Part shown: positions 26,797-36,128 of the stretch, piece after piece
Numbering within the stretch: the stretch's first letter is position 1
How the letters are laid out: each line of letters starts with the position of its first letter
Source of the DNA: a virus
Taxonomy: Duplodnaviria > Caudoviricetes
DNA: 64,000 nucleotides
IMG/VR virus record: IMGVR_UViG_3300025867_000005
Direction: 5' to 3' (one strand)
Made by a program: the position numbers and the translations under genes
The notes under the pieces: generated by a model
Told to the model about the DNA's origin: nothing
What the model saw: only the letters and a program-made list of their open reading frames with translations
Database searches by the model: none

Positions 26797-27731
26797 TCAT
26801 CACAGGAGTAAGAAGAGCAAGGGAACTTGTCGGTATCTCTGAACTTAAGCAGATGTGTGGACGTGGAGGCCGCACACAGGACGGTAGAACCTATTGCGCA
26901 GACATCATCCTGACATATGATGATATGGTGATAGAAGATTCCTTACAGAAGGAAGAATCTATGCCTGTTATATCTACTCTTTCAGACATGAAGAACTTTT
27001 GTTTTTATCTTCTTCCAAGACTCTCTCAAATAGGAAGATTTACAGAATCTGATATTCAAAATCTGTATTCTAAGACACTGGCATTTTGTCAAGGTAGGGA
27101 AATGGATATTTCGAAGGTGATTTCTTATCTTGAAGAAAACGAGGCGATTGCCGAAGTGACGGGACCGGACGAAACCAGACGTTGGATTGTTGATGTTCTA
27201 GGGGCTATCGCCAGCCACCTTTTTATACCCGTGAAAGACGTAAAACTGCTTCATGACAATTTTTTGTATTTGAAGAAGAATGGAAATCTTGATCAAGATG
27301 CTTGTTTGGCTTGGGCATTGGGTAATCTCGACAGCATACGGATAAACGGGGATTATGGAGAACAGCATCGGGAAGAAATATCCAACTTCAAAGGAGATCT
27401 TCCTATTGATTATTCTTGTGAAGACGGGACAGTCCTGACGGCTTCCCTTTGGTGGTGCATTCTCGGTAATGGAATTCCAGGGAAGAATATGGCTACGAAT
27501 GTAAGACAGTTGAAAAAGACTTGGCATCGGCTGAAACTTGCATTATCTTGGTTTCCGGAGTTTGAAGAATATATCAAGGTTTGGGATATCCGCGTCACAA
27601 AGAGCATCAAAAAAGAATTGGTTCCATTCTTCGACGGTTGTTTCCAAATGTCCAAAAACAGGGCGATGTCTCTGTATGAGCTCGGGTACAAGTCTTGGGA
27701 AGGCACTGAATCTGTTGAAATAGATGATTGA
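26781..27731 (+). CDS. Ski2/Hel308-like helicase, C-terminal part (motif VI onward)
   Basis: Starts MAEHVII and contains ELKQMCGRGGR (motif VI), followed by a winged-helix/ratchet-like region. Confidence 0.8.
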   Translation: MAEHVIITGVRRARELVGISELKQMCGRGGRTQDGRTYCADIILTYDDMVIEDSLQKEESMPVISTLSDMKNFCFYLLPRLSQIGRFTESDIQNLYSKTLAFCQGREMDISKVISYLEENEAIAEVTGPDETRRWIVDVLGAIASHLFIPVKDVKLLHDNFLYLKKNGNLDQDACLAWALGNLDSIRINGDYGEQHREEISNFKGDLPIDYSCEDGTVLTASLWWCILGNGIPGKNMATNVRQLKKTWHRLKLALSWFPEFEEYIKVWDIRVTKSIKKELVPFFDGCFQMSKNRAMSLYELGYKSWEGTESVEIDD

Positions 27732-27780
27732 AAAAATCATGTTGCTAAACTATTCTGACATGACAAGAAAGTGAAAACGT

Positions 27781-28539
27781 ATGTCTGCTTTAGAAATAGA
27801 TCCGAACACACCTGAAATCGTGTTTATGTCGAGCCTTAGAACGATGCTTAAAAGCGTTGGCATCACTCAGAATCAAGAGGCGATGGATTACTTCAAACTG
27901 ATGGAAGAAGCTGTTATACGTGATGTATTCCACCGTCAAAACCCCGACAATACGGAACGCTACAAAGAACACAGAAGCCGCCAGATTTTCATTAAGATTT
28001 TTCAGAGCCGATACAAGCTGACTTATGACATTGATTATGAAATTCCAGTAGGCGATAAAAGCGCGAAGATGATAGGGAATCTCCTGACCAAATTGGAAAA
28101 AGATGAAATCCCTATTGACTATTATCTAGAATGGTTTTTTGAGACCTATATCCAGGAAAAGAAATTCACGGTTGAAAGCATTATGAATCCCTGCCAAGCT
28201 TGGGTTTTGCAATCCTTCAAACTCCAAAACCGTGATTCGATGGAAGAAATTAAAGAGAAGAAAAAAGAAGAACTTGAAATCGTTTCATTACTTGATAAGG
28301 CAAGGGAACTTGTAAGAACAGCAAGGGTGTTGAACGAAAACACTTTGGAAGAAGAAATTGTACAGACATCTAAATCTTTCAAGGCGAAAGGAATCAATCT
28401 GGAAACCTATAGGGAGATGGTAAAATCATTCTCACGAAGAATGAAGACCATTAAAGAACAGAAGATGCTAGGACGACAGGAAAAACAGACGGAAGGAGAA
28501 AAAGAAAATGGATGTGGAATTGTTTCAGAATCTGAATGA
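27781..28539 (+). CDS. hypothetical protein (replication cluster)
   Basis: 252 aa helical ORF; no motif recognised. Confidence 0.65.
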   Translation: MSALEIDPNTPEIVFMSSLRTMLKSVGITQNQEAMDYFKLMEEAVIRDVFHRQNPDNTERYKEHRSRQIFIKIFQSRYKLTYDIDYEIPVGDKSAKMIGNLLTKLEKDEIPIDYYLEWFFETYIQEKKFTVESIMNPCQAWVLQSFKLQNRDSMEEIKEKKKEELEIVSLLDKARELVRTARVLNENTLEEEIVQTSKSFKAKGINLETYREMVKSFSRRMKTIKEQKMLGRQEKQTEGEKENGCGIVSESE

Positions 28540-29101
28540 TGGCATTGACAAACTAAAGTCGTTTGATATCTCTGGGGTTAGGCTTGAATGCCCTGAACCT
28601 GGAGTTTTGGTAATGGACCAAGATGACTTTGAAACACACGTATTGATTCAAGCACCTGCTATTACGTTTTACGGTTGGCATCTTGGACGTGCTGAAGCTC
28701 ACGTTAAACAGCTTAAAGAAGACTATGACAAATGGATGAAAATCAAAAAGGCAGAAGCACAGGCTCAAATCATGGGGAAAGATCCTGATGCCTACAAACC
28801 GAGTGAAGCTGCCAAAGAAGCAAGGGTTTTTATCAATTCAAGGGAATCCGCTAAAAATTCTGAAAACGGAATAGATGAAGATGAAGAATGGAAAAACAAG
28901 ATCCGTCTTGCTGAAGAATATCGAGACACTATCAAAGCATGGTATGACGGGTTTGTCGCCAAGAACTGGCTACTTAAAGTATTTGCCAATATTCAGGAAA
29001 ATGACGGTCGTGGAGTCCGGAAAATTGACGAGAAAGATTCGGTTTACGGTAAGACTTCTATCAAGTCGAGAGTGAAAGAAAGCTTTAAGAAAATTCAATA
29101 A
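28508..29101 (+). CDS. putative recombination mediator (UvsY-like) protein
   Basis: Helical protein upstream of SSB and RecA; resemblance to UvsY is loose. Confidence 0.35.
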   Translation: MDVELFQNLNDGIDKLKSFDISGVRLECPEPGVLVMDQDDFETHVLIQAPAITFYGWHLGRAEAHVKQLKEDYDKWMKIKKAEAQAQIMGKDPDAYKPSEAAKEARVFINSRESAKNSENGIDEDEEWKNKIRLAEEYRDTIKAWYDGFVAKNWLLKVFANIQENDGRGVRKIDEKDSVYGKTSIKSRVKESFKKIQ

Positions 29102-29189
29102 AACAATCTATTATGGGATGTGCAAAGATGGTTGTCTTTGTCACCTGTAAAAGTGAAAAAAGGCCGGTTTACGGCAAAGTGAGGTAAAA

Positions 29190-30179
29190 ATGAATAACGC
29201 AGATAAGTTAAACAAACGTGAGAACAAGTCTTCCGATAAAGGAAGCAAAAATGGTACTGGAGAGAAGAAGGGTTACGTGAAGATGGGTACGGTTCATGCG
29301 AAGTGGGAGCCGGGCACCACGACAGTAAGAGCTGTCGGTGATTTCTTTGAAACACACATGCATGGACTTTCTCCAAATGATTTCGGAAGCGTAGGCGTTA
29401 TGCCCAAATCTGCTTTCGGAGGCAAAGGTAAAGACTTTATCCCGTGGGAAGTGTGTTGCTTGGATTGGGATATGATCAATGATGAATACCGCAAGGAAAG
29501 ATCTTGTCCTTTCTGCAAGTTGAATTTCCGTGCTTCTTGCATGTTGAAGAAAGAAGACTTGTCAAAAGAAGATATCGCCAAGTATACAAGGATTAAGAAC
29601 GCTTGTCATGCTGGTTCTAAAATCCGTTGGAATATCATCGATAGAGAAAATCCGACATACACGATCGTCAATCCGGACGGAACAGAATCTGATGTCAAAG
29701 GATACAAGATCGGTGGTTTCGGTATGTCCGTCTTTAAGACAGGAATCAAGGGTCTGTTTGAGATGGCAGGTGGAGATATCGCAGATGTAGATAGCGGCAT
29801 TGACTTCAACCTTAAGCGTAGCAAAGACGAAAAAGGAAAGACTGTCTATGAAGCCGTTGCCGTTATGGAAAAAGGTGCGATGAAGTTTACTCCCCTTACT
29901 GATGAACAGAAATCTTGGACGCTTTGGAATATCCCTGAAATTTTCGGGAAGGACTGGAGCTTTGAAAAGATTTACCCGCTTATGCATGAAGAGTTCCGCG
30001 AATTGCTGGACATGACGGATGAAGAGTTCCGTGAATTCAGCGGCTATACCGGAAAGAAGGCTGAAGAGCCTACAGAAGAAAAAGAAGACAAGAAAGATGT
30101 AAAAAAAAACAAGAAGGTAAAGTCAGCTCCTGTGCAGGAACAACAGGAACCGCAGGACGAAGAGATTCTTCCATTCTAA
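29190..30179 (+). CDS. single-stranded DNA-binding protein (gp32-like)
   Basis: H/C..CPFC zinc ligands, NIIDR, GIDF.LKR; charged linker ending in SSB-type acidic tail DEEILPF; upstream of recA. Confidence 0.75.
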   Translation: MNNADKLNKRENKSSDKGSKNGTGEKKGYVKMGTVHAKWEPGTTTVRAVGDFFETHMHGLSPNDFGSVGVMPKSAFGGKGKDFIPWEVCCLDWDMINDEYRKERSCPFCKLNFRASCMLKKEDLSKEDIAKYTRIKNACHAGSKIRWNIIDRENPTYTIVNPDGTESDVKGYKIGGFGMSVFKTGIKGLFEMAGGDIADVDSGIDFNLKRSKDEKGKTVYEAVAVMEKGAMKFTPLTDEQKSWTLWNIPEIFGKDWSFEKIYPLMHEEFRELLDMTDEEFREFSGYTGKKAEEPTEEKEDKKDVKKNKKVKSAPVQEQQEPQDEEILPF

Positions 30180-30331
30180 AGGAAGATCCTGTAGAAACAT
30201 CGAATGAAGCATCTGATTCTTTGGGCTTGTCTGTCGCCAAGAGTTTTCCTTGTTGGGGATATTATGATCCCAATGAATCAGAATGCAAATCTTGTAAGTT
30301 CAAATCCGAATGTGTAAAGAACACGAAGTAA
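30101..30331 (+). other. start-less -1 frame extension of SSB encoding a Cys4 finger, entered at an A9 run
   Basis: A9 at 30101-30109; -1 frame open to TAA 30329-30331; encodes ...CWGYYDPNESECKSCKFKSECVKNTK; no ATG in the frame. Confidence 0.65.
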
Positions 30332-30344
30332 AGGTATAAAAACA

Positions 30345-33300
30345 ATGGCTAAAGAAGCAAAAGCAAAGCCTACTCGCTTTGAAAACATGCAGAAATTGGC
30401 TGACCTTATCAATAAGAGTCAGTGGGGTGGTGAAAACCACGATATCGCGGGTGTCCTTGGTGGAACCGTAGTCTCAAACGTGGAACGTATCTCAACGACA
30501 TGTAGAGACATCGATTGGGCGTGGGGTGGTGGTTTGCCAATAGGTAAAATCGTAGAACTCTTCGGCGGAGAATCTTGTCTTGATAAGGACACTTTTGTCC
30601 ATTATCAGACATGGAAGAATGGCAAGCAGATTAACGATAAGGGCGGAACGATAGAACGTCTTTATGAACGTTTCACGGGTGACACCGCGACAGGTAAGAA
30701 ACAAGGAAGACATCTTCAGGAAAAAGATTGCGATTTCTTTGTAATTTCTTGTGACAATGAAATGAAAATGGTACGCAATAGGGTTATCGGAGTTGTTAAA
30801 ACAGGAAAGAAGACTTGTTTCGAGGTTACGACAGAAGATGGACAGAAGATTACATCAACTCTTGAACACAAATTCATGGTGGAATCTGGATTTAAACCTC
30901 TTTCTGATTTGAAAATCGGAGATGTCGTCTATGTCCACAACAATACAAGGATACATGGGCAAAAAGATCGTGAATATTATCCTGAAATTATGGTTAAATA
31001 TCATCCACACGCGAAAACAAAGATTGTGAATGGTTATACCTATTTCCGCGTAAGGAAATCACATGCGGTTCTTGAAGCAGATAGGAATCAAATGTCGTTT
31101 GACGAATATCAACACTTTTTGAATACGGCTTCAAAAGAAGAAATCAACAGAATAAAAACGATTCCAGAAGGCCTACATGTCCATCATATTGATGAAAATG
31201 TGAACAATAACACTATTTCTAATCTTTTAGTGATTAATCCAAAAGATCATGGTGTTTATCATTCGAAAATGAAGCTTAAAAATCTTAGTTTTGTAGCGGC
31301 TCCTGTCAGGATTACTTCAATTGTGAACGTAGGAGAACGCGACACTTATGACATTAAGTGTGATTTCCCTAACAATAACTTCGTAGCCAACGACTTTGTT
31401 GTTCATAATTCCGGCAAATCCACACTTGCTTATCACATCATCGCTAGTTTCCAAGACAAATATCCTGATAAGGGAATCTTGCTTTTGGACACTGAACACA
31501 GCTATGATCCTCTCTATGCAGAAGCTCTTGGCGTTAAGGCACAAGGGATTATCCACACTGAAGCTGAATCGGGAACTGATGCGTTGAATATCGCTAAGCT
31601 TGCTGTAGAATCAGAATGTGGTGTCGGACTGGTTATTATTGACAGCATCGCGGCTCTTACTACAAAGAGCGATGATGAAGGGGATATCGGAGATCAGACG
31701 ATGGCAGAACAGGCTAGAATGGTCAGCCAGGCTATGCGTGTTTTGAACAGCTTGATTACCAAGCACAAGATCACGTTGCTTTGTACCAACCAAGTCCGTG
31801 AAGCCGTTGGACAGTGTTTTGATTATAGCACTCCAATTACGCTTAAAGATGGCACTATCATGGAAATCGGAAAACTTGTTAATCAAAAGATTAACTGCGA
31901 AGTTCTTTCATATGATCCTGTTTCAAACAAAATAGAACCGAAGACGGTTACTAATTGGTTCGACAATGGACCAATGGCAGATGGCGAACATTTCTTACAG
32001 TTTAAGCTTTCAACTCTATGTGGCTTTGGTAAGGGAGGAATTCGTAAAATAAACGTTACCCCTAATCATATTATTTTCGTTCCTCATGGAGAAAAGATGG
32101 CTAGTGAAATTAAACCAGGAGAATCAGTATTGATTCCAGAATGGAGTTATTATTCTAAAGACCAGCATGAAATTATTCTTGGAAGTATGTTTGGAGACGG
32201 AAACCTTAGATATGACAAGGGTTCTCCTCGTGGAACGTTAAGGTTTATTCATTGTCAAGAACAGACCGATTATTGTTCTTGGAAAGCGGAATCTTTCGGC
32301 GAAGAAGTGCGTTTTGATATAAGAGGCCGTCCTCAATTTGAGACAAAATCATCTTCGGAGTTTGACCAGTATAAAGATTTCGGGAAGAAGCAGTTTCCGC
32401 GAGAAATTAGTCAAGAACACATAGACAATCTTTCTCCTAAATCTTTTGCGATTTGGTATATGGATGATGGCAACTTTAGCGGAAGTCATGAAAAAATAGG
32501 TTTTGGGAAGTGTAGAATCGGTTCTTCCTCAATTATTGGTAGAGACTTGGAAAAAATTGCCAGAAAATCAGAGGAACTTGGTCTTGGACTTCCAATGTTT
32601 AAAGAAGGTGTTGGTCTTGTTTGGTATGGAGAACAAAGCGGGATGTTCCAGCGTGGAATTTCAAAATATGTCCATCCGAACATGAGATATAAAATAAAGA
32701 AAGGGATGCCTGATTTTGATTGGACCGTAGAACGGAAAGAGAAAGAACTTGTCCCTGTCGCTAGGACCGTTCAGTCAGTTTCTGTTTATGTCCCTCCCAA
32801 AAGACAAAGGAACAAATTCGATATAGAGGTTGACGGAAACCATTCTTACATCGCTGGAGGAATGATTGTCCACAACAGTTACGGAGATAAGACAACGACT
32901 CCAGCAGGAAAGGCATTGCGGCACTATGCCCACATTAGAGCTAAACTTTCCCGTATCGGACAAATCAAAGTCGGGGATGACGTTGTTGGTGTGAAGGTTA
33001 AAATGAGTTGTGTCAAGAACAAGGTGGCACCTCCTTTCAGGAATGCAGAATACACCATTACTTTCGGTATCGGTATTGATGCCGTTGTAGGAAGTGTAGA
33101 AAAGGCTATCGCCCTTGGGGTTATTGTTAAGAAGGGCGGTTGGTTCTCTTTCAACGGGAAGACTTGGCAGGGCCAACAGACGGTTGTTGATGAACTCAGA
33201 GGGAATGCTGACTTGCGTAAAGAAATCGACGCCGCTATTGATGCCAAGACGGCTGCTTCTGATAAACCTGAAGGTACTGAGATGACGGAAGAAGAAAAGA

Positions 33301-33347
33301 AGGAGATCGCTTCTGAAGAAGATACTGCTGAAATTTCGGTTGTCTAG
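30345..33347 (+). CDS. recA: RecA recombinase with two inteins (about 368 aa after splicing)
   Basis: GGGLPIGKIVELFGGES|SGKST, DTEH, IIDSIAAL, QARMVSQAMR, NQVR, GKALRHYA, KNKVAPPF. Confidence 0.95.
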   Translation: MAKEAKAKPTRFENMQKLADLINKSQWGGENHDIAGVLGGTVVSNVERISTTCRDIDWAWGGGLPIGKIVELFGGESCLDKDTFVHYQTWKNGKQINDKGGTIERLYERFTGDTATGKKQGRHLQEKDCDFFVISCDNEMKMVRNRVIGVVKTGKKTCFEVTTEDGQKITSTLEHKFMVESGFKPLSDLKIGDVVYVHNNTRIHGQKDREYYPEIMVKYHPHAKTKIVNGYTYFRVRKSHAVLEADRNQMSFDEYQHFLNTASKEEINRIKTIPEGLHVHHIDENVNNNTISNLLVINPKDHGVYHSKMKLKNLSFVAAPVRITSIVNVGERDTYDIKCDFPNNNFVANDFVVHNSGKSTLAYHIIASFQDKYPDKGILLLDTEHSYDPLYAEALGVKAQGIIHTEAESGTDALNIAKLAVESECGVGLVIIDSIAALTTKSDDEGDIGDQTMAEQARMVSQAMRVLNSLITKHKITLLCTNQVREAVGQCFDYSTPITLKDGTIMEIGKLVNQKINCEVLSYDPVSNKIEPKTVTNWFDNGPMADGEHFLQFKLSTLCGFGKGGIRKINVTPNHIIFVPHGEKMASEIKPGESVLIPEWSYYSKDQHEIILGSMFGDGNLRYDKGSPRGTLRFIHCQEQTDYCSWKAESFGEEVRFDIRGRPQFETKSSSEFDQYKDFGKKQFPREISQEHIDNLSPKSFAIWYMDDGNFSGSHEKIGFGKCRIGSSSIIGRDLEKIARKSEELGLGLPMFKEGVGLVWYGEQSGMFQRGISKYVHPNMRYKIKKGMPDFDWTVERKEKELVPVARTVQSVSVYVPPKRQRNKFDIEVDGNHSYIAGGMIVHNSYGDKTTTPAGKALRHYAHIRAKLSRIGQIKVGDDVVGVKVKMSCVKNKVAPPFRNAEYTITFGIGIDAVVGSVEKAIALGVIVKKGGWFSFNGKTWQGQQTVVDELRGNADLRKEIDAAIDAKTAASDKPEGTEMTEEEKKEIASEEDTAEISVV
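30576..31409 (+). mobile_element. intein in RecA P-loop carrying an HNH endonuclease
   Basis: C1 CLDKDT, block B TLEHKF, ends VVHN|S; internal VHHIDENVNNN..SNL...H motif. Confidence 0.9.
31815..32876 (+). mobile_element. intein in RecA L2 region carrying a LAGLIDADG endonuclease
   Basis: C1 CFDYST, block B TPNH, ends IVHN|S; ILGSMFGDG and AIWYMDDG motifs. Confidence 0.92.
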
Positions 33348-33367
33348 ATCAGATGACAGAAGTTAAA

Positions 33368-33404
33368 GAAAGAGGGTGGTATGAAAATTACCCCCTCTTT
33401 TTCT
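33368..33404 (+). terminator. intrinsic terminator after recA
   Basis: AAAGAGGGTGGT-loop-ATTACCCCCTCTTT followed by a T tract. Confidence 0.65.
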
Positions 33405-33428
33405 ATTTTCAAAGAGAGGAATTCAGAC

Positions 33429-34340
33429 ATGAAAAATCTTATACTTATTGACGCTCACAACCTAGCCTACAGAATGCTTTTCGGGTTCAAGACAGGAAAA
33501 CAGGAATTATCAAGTTCGGGGAAAGAAACAAGCATTATCTACGGGTTTGTCCGTCAGATATTGTCTTTGATGAAAGATTACCAGAATTCTGATGTCATCA
33601 TATGTTGGGATTGCAAATCGAAAAGAAGAATCGCGTTGACAAACAAGGCTAAAGCGGAAGGATTAATCAAGACAGGGTACAAAGAAGAACGTCAATCTCT
33701 TTCAGAAGCCGACAAAGAAACCCTAAGTGTACAGATGGCCTATCTTAAAACGGAAATCCTTCCTAAACTTGCGGTATGTCAAATCAGTGTTGACGGATAT
33801 GAAGCTGATGATGTCATCTTCAGTTATGTTAAGAAGTACAAAGAACATGCTTGCTATATTGTTAGCAGTGACAGGGATTTTTATCAGGCGCTATCAATGC
33901 CGAATGTCCAGGTTATAGATTGTATCAATCATCGGGTTTGGACAAAAGAAAAGTTCATGGAAGAATATGGTTTTGACCCCAATCTGTATGTGGATTACGG
34001 AGCTTTTGTGGGGGAAGGCGGCGGCGGAGACAACATACCAGGAGTCCCGAATTGCGGAGATAAGACGGCACGTAAATTTGTCAAGGAATACGGCAACGTT
34101 GAAGCGATCATAAGTGCGTTACAGAAAAAAGAAACCCGCACTTTCAGAGAAGAATCTGTTTTGAAGAATCTAACTTTACTTGGTTTGTCTTATGAATTAA
34201 AGAAAATGGACTATATCGAACTTCCGGATTATTCGATACAAGAAACAGATGTTGAAGAAACCAAAAAGATGCTTGTTTCATGGGGGTTCATAAGTTTCCT
34301 CAAAAACGCAAATGTCCTTTGCCGAATTTCTCAGGACTAA
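33429..34340 (+). CDS. 5'-3' exonuclease / flap endonuclease (PolI N-terminal / T4 RNase H-like)
   Basis: LIDAHN..YR, WD, YK..R, YEADDVI, SSDRDFYQ, DNIPGV..CG.KTA. Confidence 0.92.
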   Translation: MKNLILIDAHNLAYRMLFGFKTGKQELSSSGKETSIIYGFVRQILSLMKDYQNSDVIICWDCKSKRRIALTNKAKAEGLIKTGYKEERQSLSEADKETLSVQMAYLKTEILPKLAVCQISVDGYEADDVIFSYVKKYKEHACYIVSSDRDFYQALSMPNVQVIDCINHRVWTKEKFMEEYGFDPNLYVDYGAFVGEGGGGDNIPGVPNCGDKTARKFVKEYGNVEAIISALQKKETRTFREESVLKNLTLLGLSYELKKMDYIELPDYSIQETDVEETKKMLVSWGFISFLKNANVLCRISQD

Positions 34341-34367
34341 AACTATACTATTCAAAAGGTGGTGAAG

Positions 34368-34937
34368 ATGAAAATAGCATTGGCAGGCCCGGCTGGAACC
34401 GGCAAATCAAAGGTAGCGGAATCCATAAGCAATGAAAAAGGAATCCTTTTTCTACGGGCGAAAGAGATTACAAATCCGATTCTGAAAAGGGACGGATATG
34501 ATTATTCCAGCGGGATGAAAGTGGAAAAATTTCTACAAACGATACCTAGACAGATGGAATTGCTGAAGAAAACCAAAGAAATGCAATCCGTTTCGATGTT
34601 TATTACAGACAGGTGTTTCGTGGATCTTGCCGCTTACGCTTTGTCAAGTTCAGAGACACTCGACACAGAAACGATAGACAAAATTGTTTCAGATTCCAAA
34701 ACCTATTGCTTGCGATATTCGCACATCTATCTTTTCAAATTGGGCAAACTTTTGGACAACCAGAAAAGAACACTTTGTCGGAATTATCAAGAGATGATCT
34801 ATATGCTGGAATTGGGATTGCTTACCGATTGGGGTATTCCTTTCACGATTATTGAGAACAATGATCTTGACCCTGTTCCTAAAGTACAAAGGATAATCAA
34901 TGACGTATGGACTGCGGTAAAACAAGATGCGCATTAA
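34368..34937 (+). CDS. P-loop nucleotide kinase-like protein (AAA_28/NadR-like)
   Basis: KIALAGPAGTGKS Walker A; ITDRCFVD. Confidence 0.75.
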   Translation: MKIALAGPAGTGKSKVAESISNEKGILFLRAKEITNPILKRDGYDYSSGMKVEKFLQTIPRQMELLKKTKEMQSVSMFITDRCFVDLAAYALSSSETLDTETIDKIVSDSKTYCLRYSHIYLFKLGKLLDNQKRTLCRNYQEMIYMLELGLLTDWGIPFTIIENNDLDPVPKVQRIINDVWTAVKQDAH

Positions 34938-35185
34938 ACTATAATGTCTATGTCGTCAAGAACAGTAGAATCGTCGTGACATGGTGCAGAAATTGTGAAA
35001 AAGCGAAAAGATTGAAAAATGCGTTCTGTTTGCTCAGCAAAGTTGTTCAGAAAAAAGAAGACGTATTTAAGAAGTTAACTTCTAATACTAATCACAAAAC
35101 CAGATTTAACGGGAATGTCATTGATGATTCCTGCATATTTGCTGTAGGATTTACATTCAGACTATGGAATAAGAAAAATGGCTAG
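34907..35185 (+). CDS. small Cys-rich hypothetical protein
   Basis: CxxC motif; overlaps both neighbours in operon fashion. Confidence 0.4.
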   Translation: MDCGKTRCALNYNVYVVKNSRIVVTWCRNCEKAKRLKNAFCLLSKVVQKKEDVFKKLTSNTNHKTRFNGNVIDDSCIFAVGFTFRLWNKKNG

Positions 35186-36128
35186 ATTCGGATTTTACAC
35201 AGATTCACATATTACCGAAAACCGTCCGGTACACCGCACGGATGATTATGTCAATACTATCCCTGAAAAGATAGAAATGATTTATGATTTCGCCGCACAG
35301 AATGACTTTGACTTTATGACATTCGGAGGAGACCTTTGCGACAGATATCAAATCTTTTCCTATCCCGTCATTAACAGGGTCATCAAGGCAATCAATCTCA
35401 CCACATATGCCTGTATCGGAGAACATGACCTATACGGACATGCTCCAGAAACCTTCAGCGGTTCAGCGTTATCATTTATCTGTAACTATTGCCATAATTT
35501 CCGGATATTGTGGCAACCCGTACATCTGGAAAACGGAATCTCCATATATGCCAAACACGAATGGGAGACAATGGAATCAGCAGCCAAGACTGAAGTTGAC
35601 AAGTCACGGTTTAATGTCTTGCTTTGTCACGAATTGTTATACAATAAGAAGATGCCTTTCGGGATAATAGACACTAAGGATTTGGATTTGCCTTTTGATC
35701 TTGTGTGTTCAGGGGATTTGCATTGCGGATATACTACGCACAAGGTTAAAAACACATGGTATTGTAATCCTGGAAGTCTGGCTAGAAAAACTACGGCTGA
35801 TGCGAAAAGAATGCCGAAATTACTGATGATAGATGCCGTCAAGGGTAAAGAACCAGGCATTCGCGAAATTATCGTTCCGAGGTCAAGACCGGGTAATGAA
35901 GTTTTCTCTGTCGGTATTTCTGAAACGGTTAAGAAACTGATTTCAGAAATGGATATCAGCGGAGTCGTAGATTCGATTAATGAAACCACTAACCTTAGTA
36001 GAGATGAACACACTGACATCTTTGAACTCTTCCAACAGCATTCTCAACAAGTGAAGATTCCGGATAAAGTGCTTGAATACTACAAAGAAGTCTGTGAACG
36101 CATAAACAAAGAGAAGGCAAAGAAATGA
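35178..36128 (+). CDS. SbcD/Mre11-like metallophosphoesterase nuclease
   Basis: DSH, GGDLCD, GEHD, CHE, GDLH, NPGSL.R. Confidence 0.88.
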   Translation: MARFGFYTDSHITENRPVHRTDDYVNTIPEKIEMIYDFAAQNDFDFMTFGGDLCDRYQIFSYPVINRVIKAINLTTYACIGEHDLYGHAPETFSGSALSFICNYCHNFRILWQPVHLENGISIYAKHEWETMESAAKTEVDKSRFNVLLCHELLYNKKMPFGIIDTKDLDLPFDLVCSGDLHCGYTTHKVKNTWYCNPGSLARKTTADAKRMPKLLMIDAVKGKEPGIREIIVPRSRPGNEVFSVGISETVKKLISEMDISGVVDSINETTNLSRDEHTDIFELFQQHSQQVKIPDKVLEYYKEVCERINKEKAKK

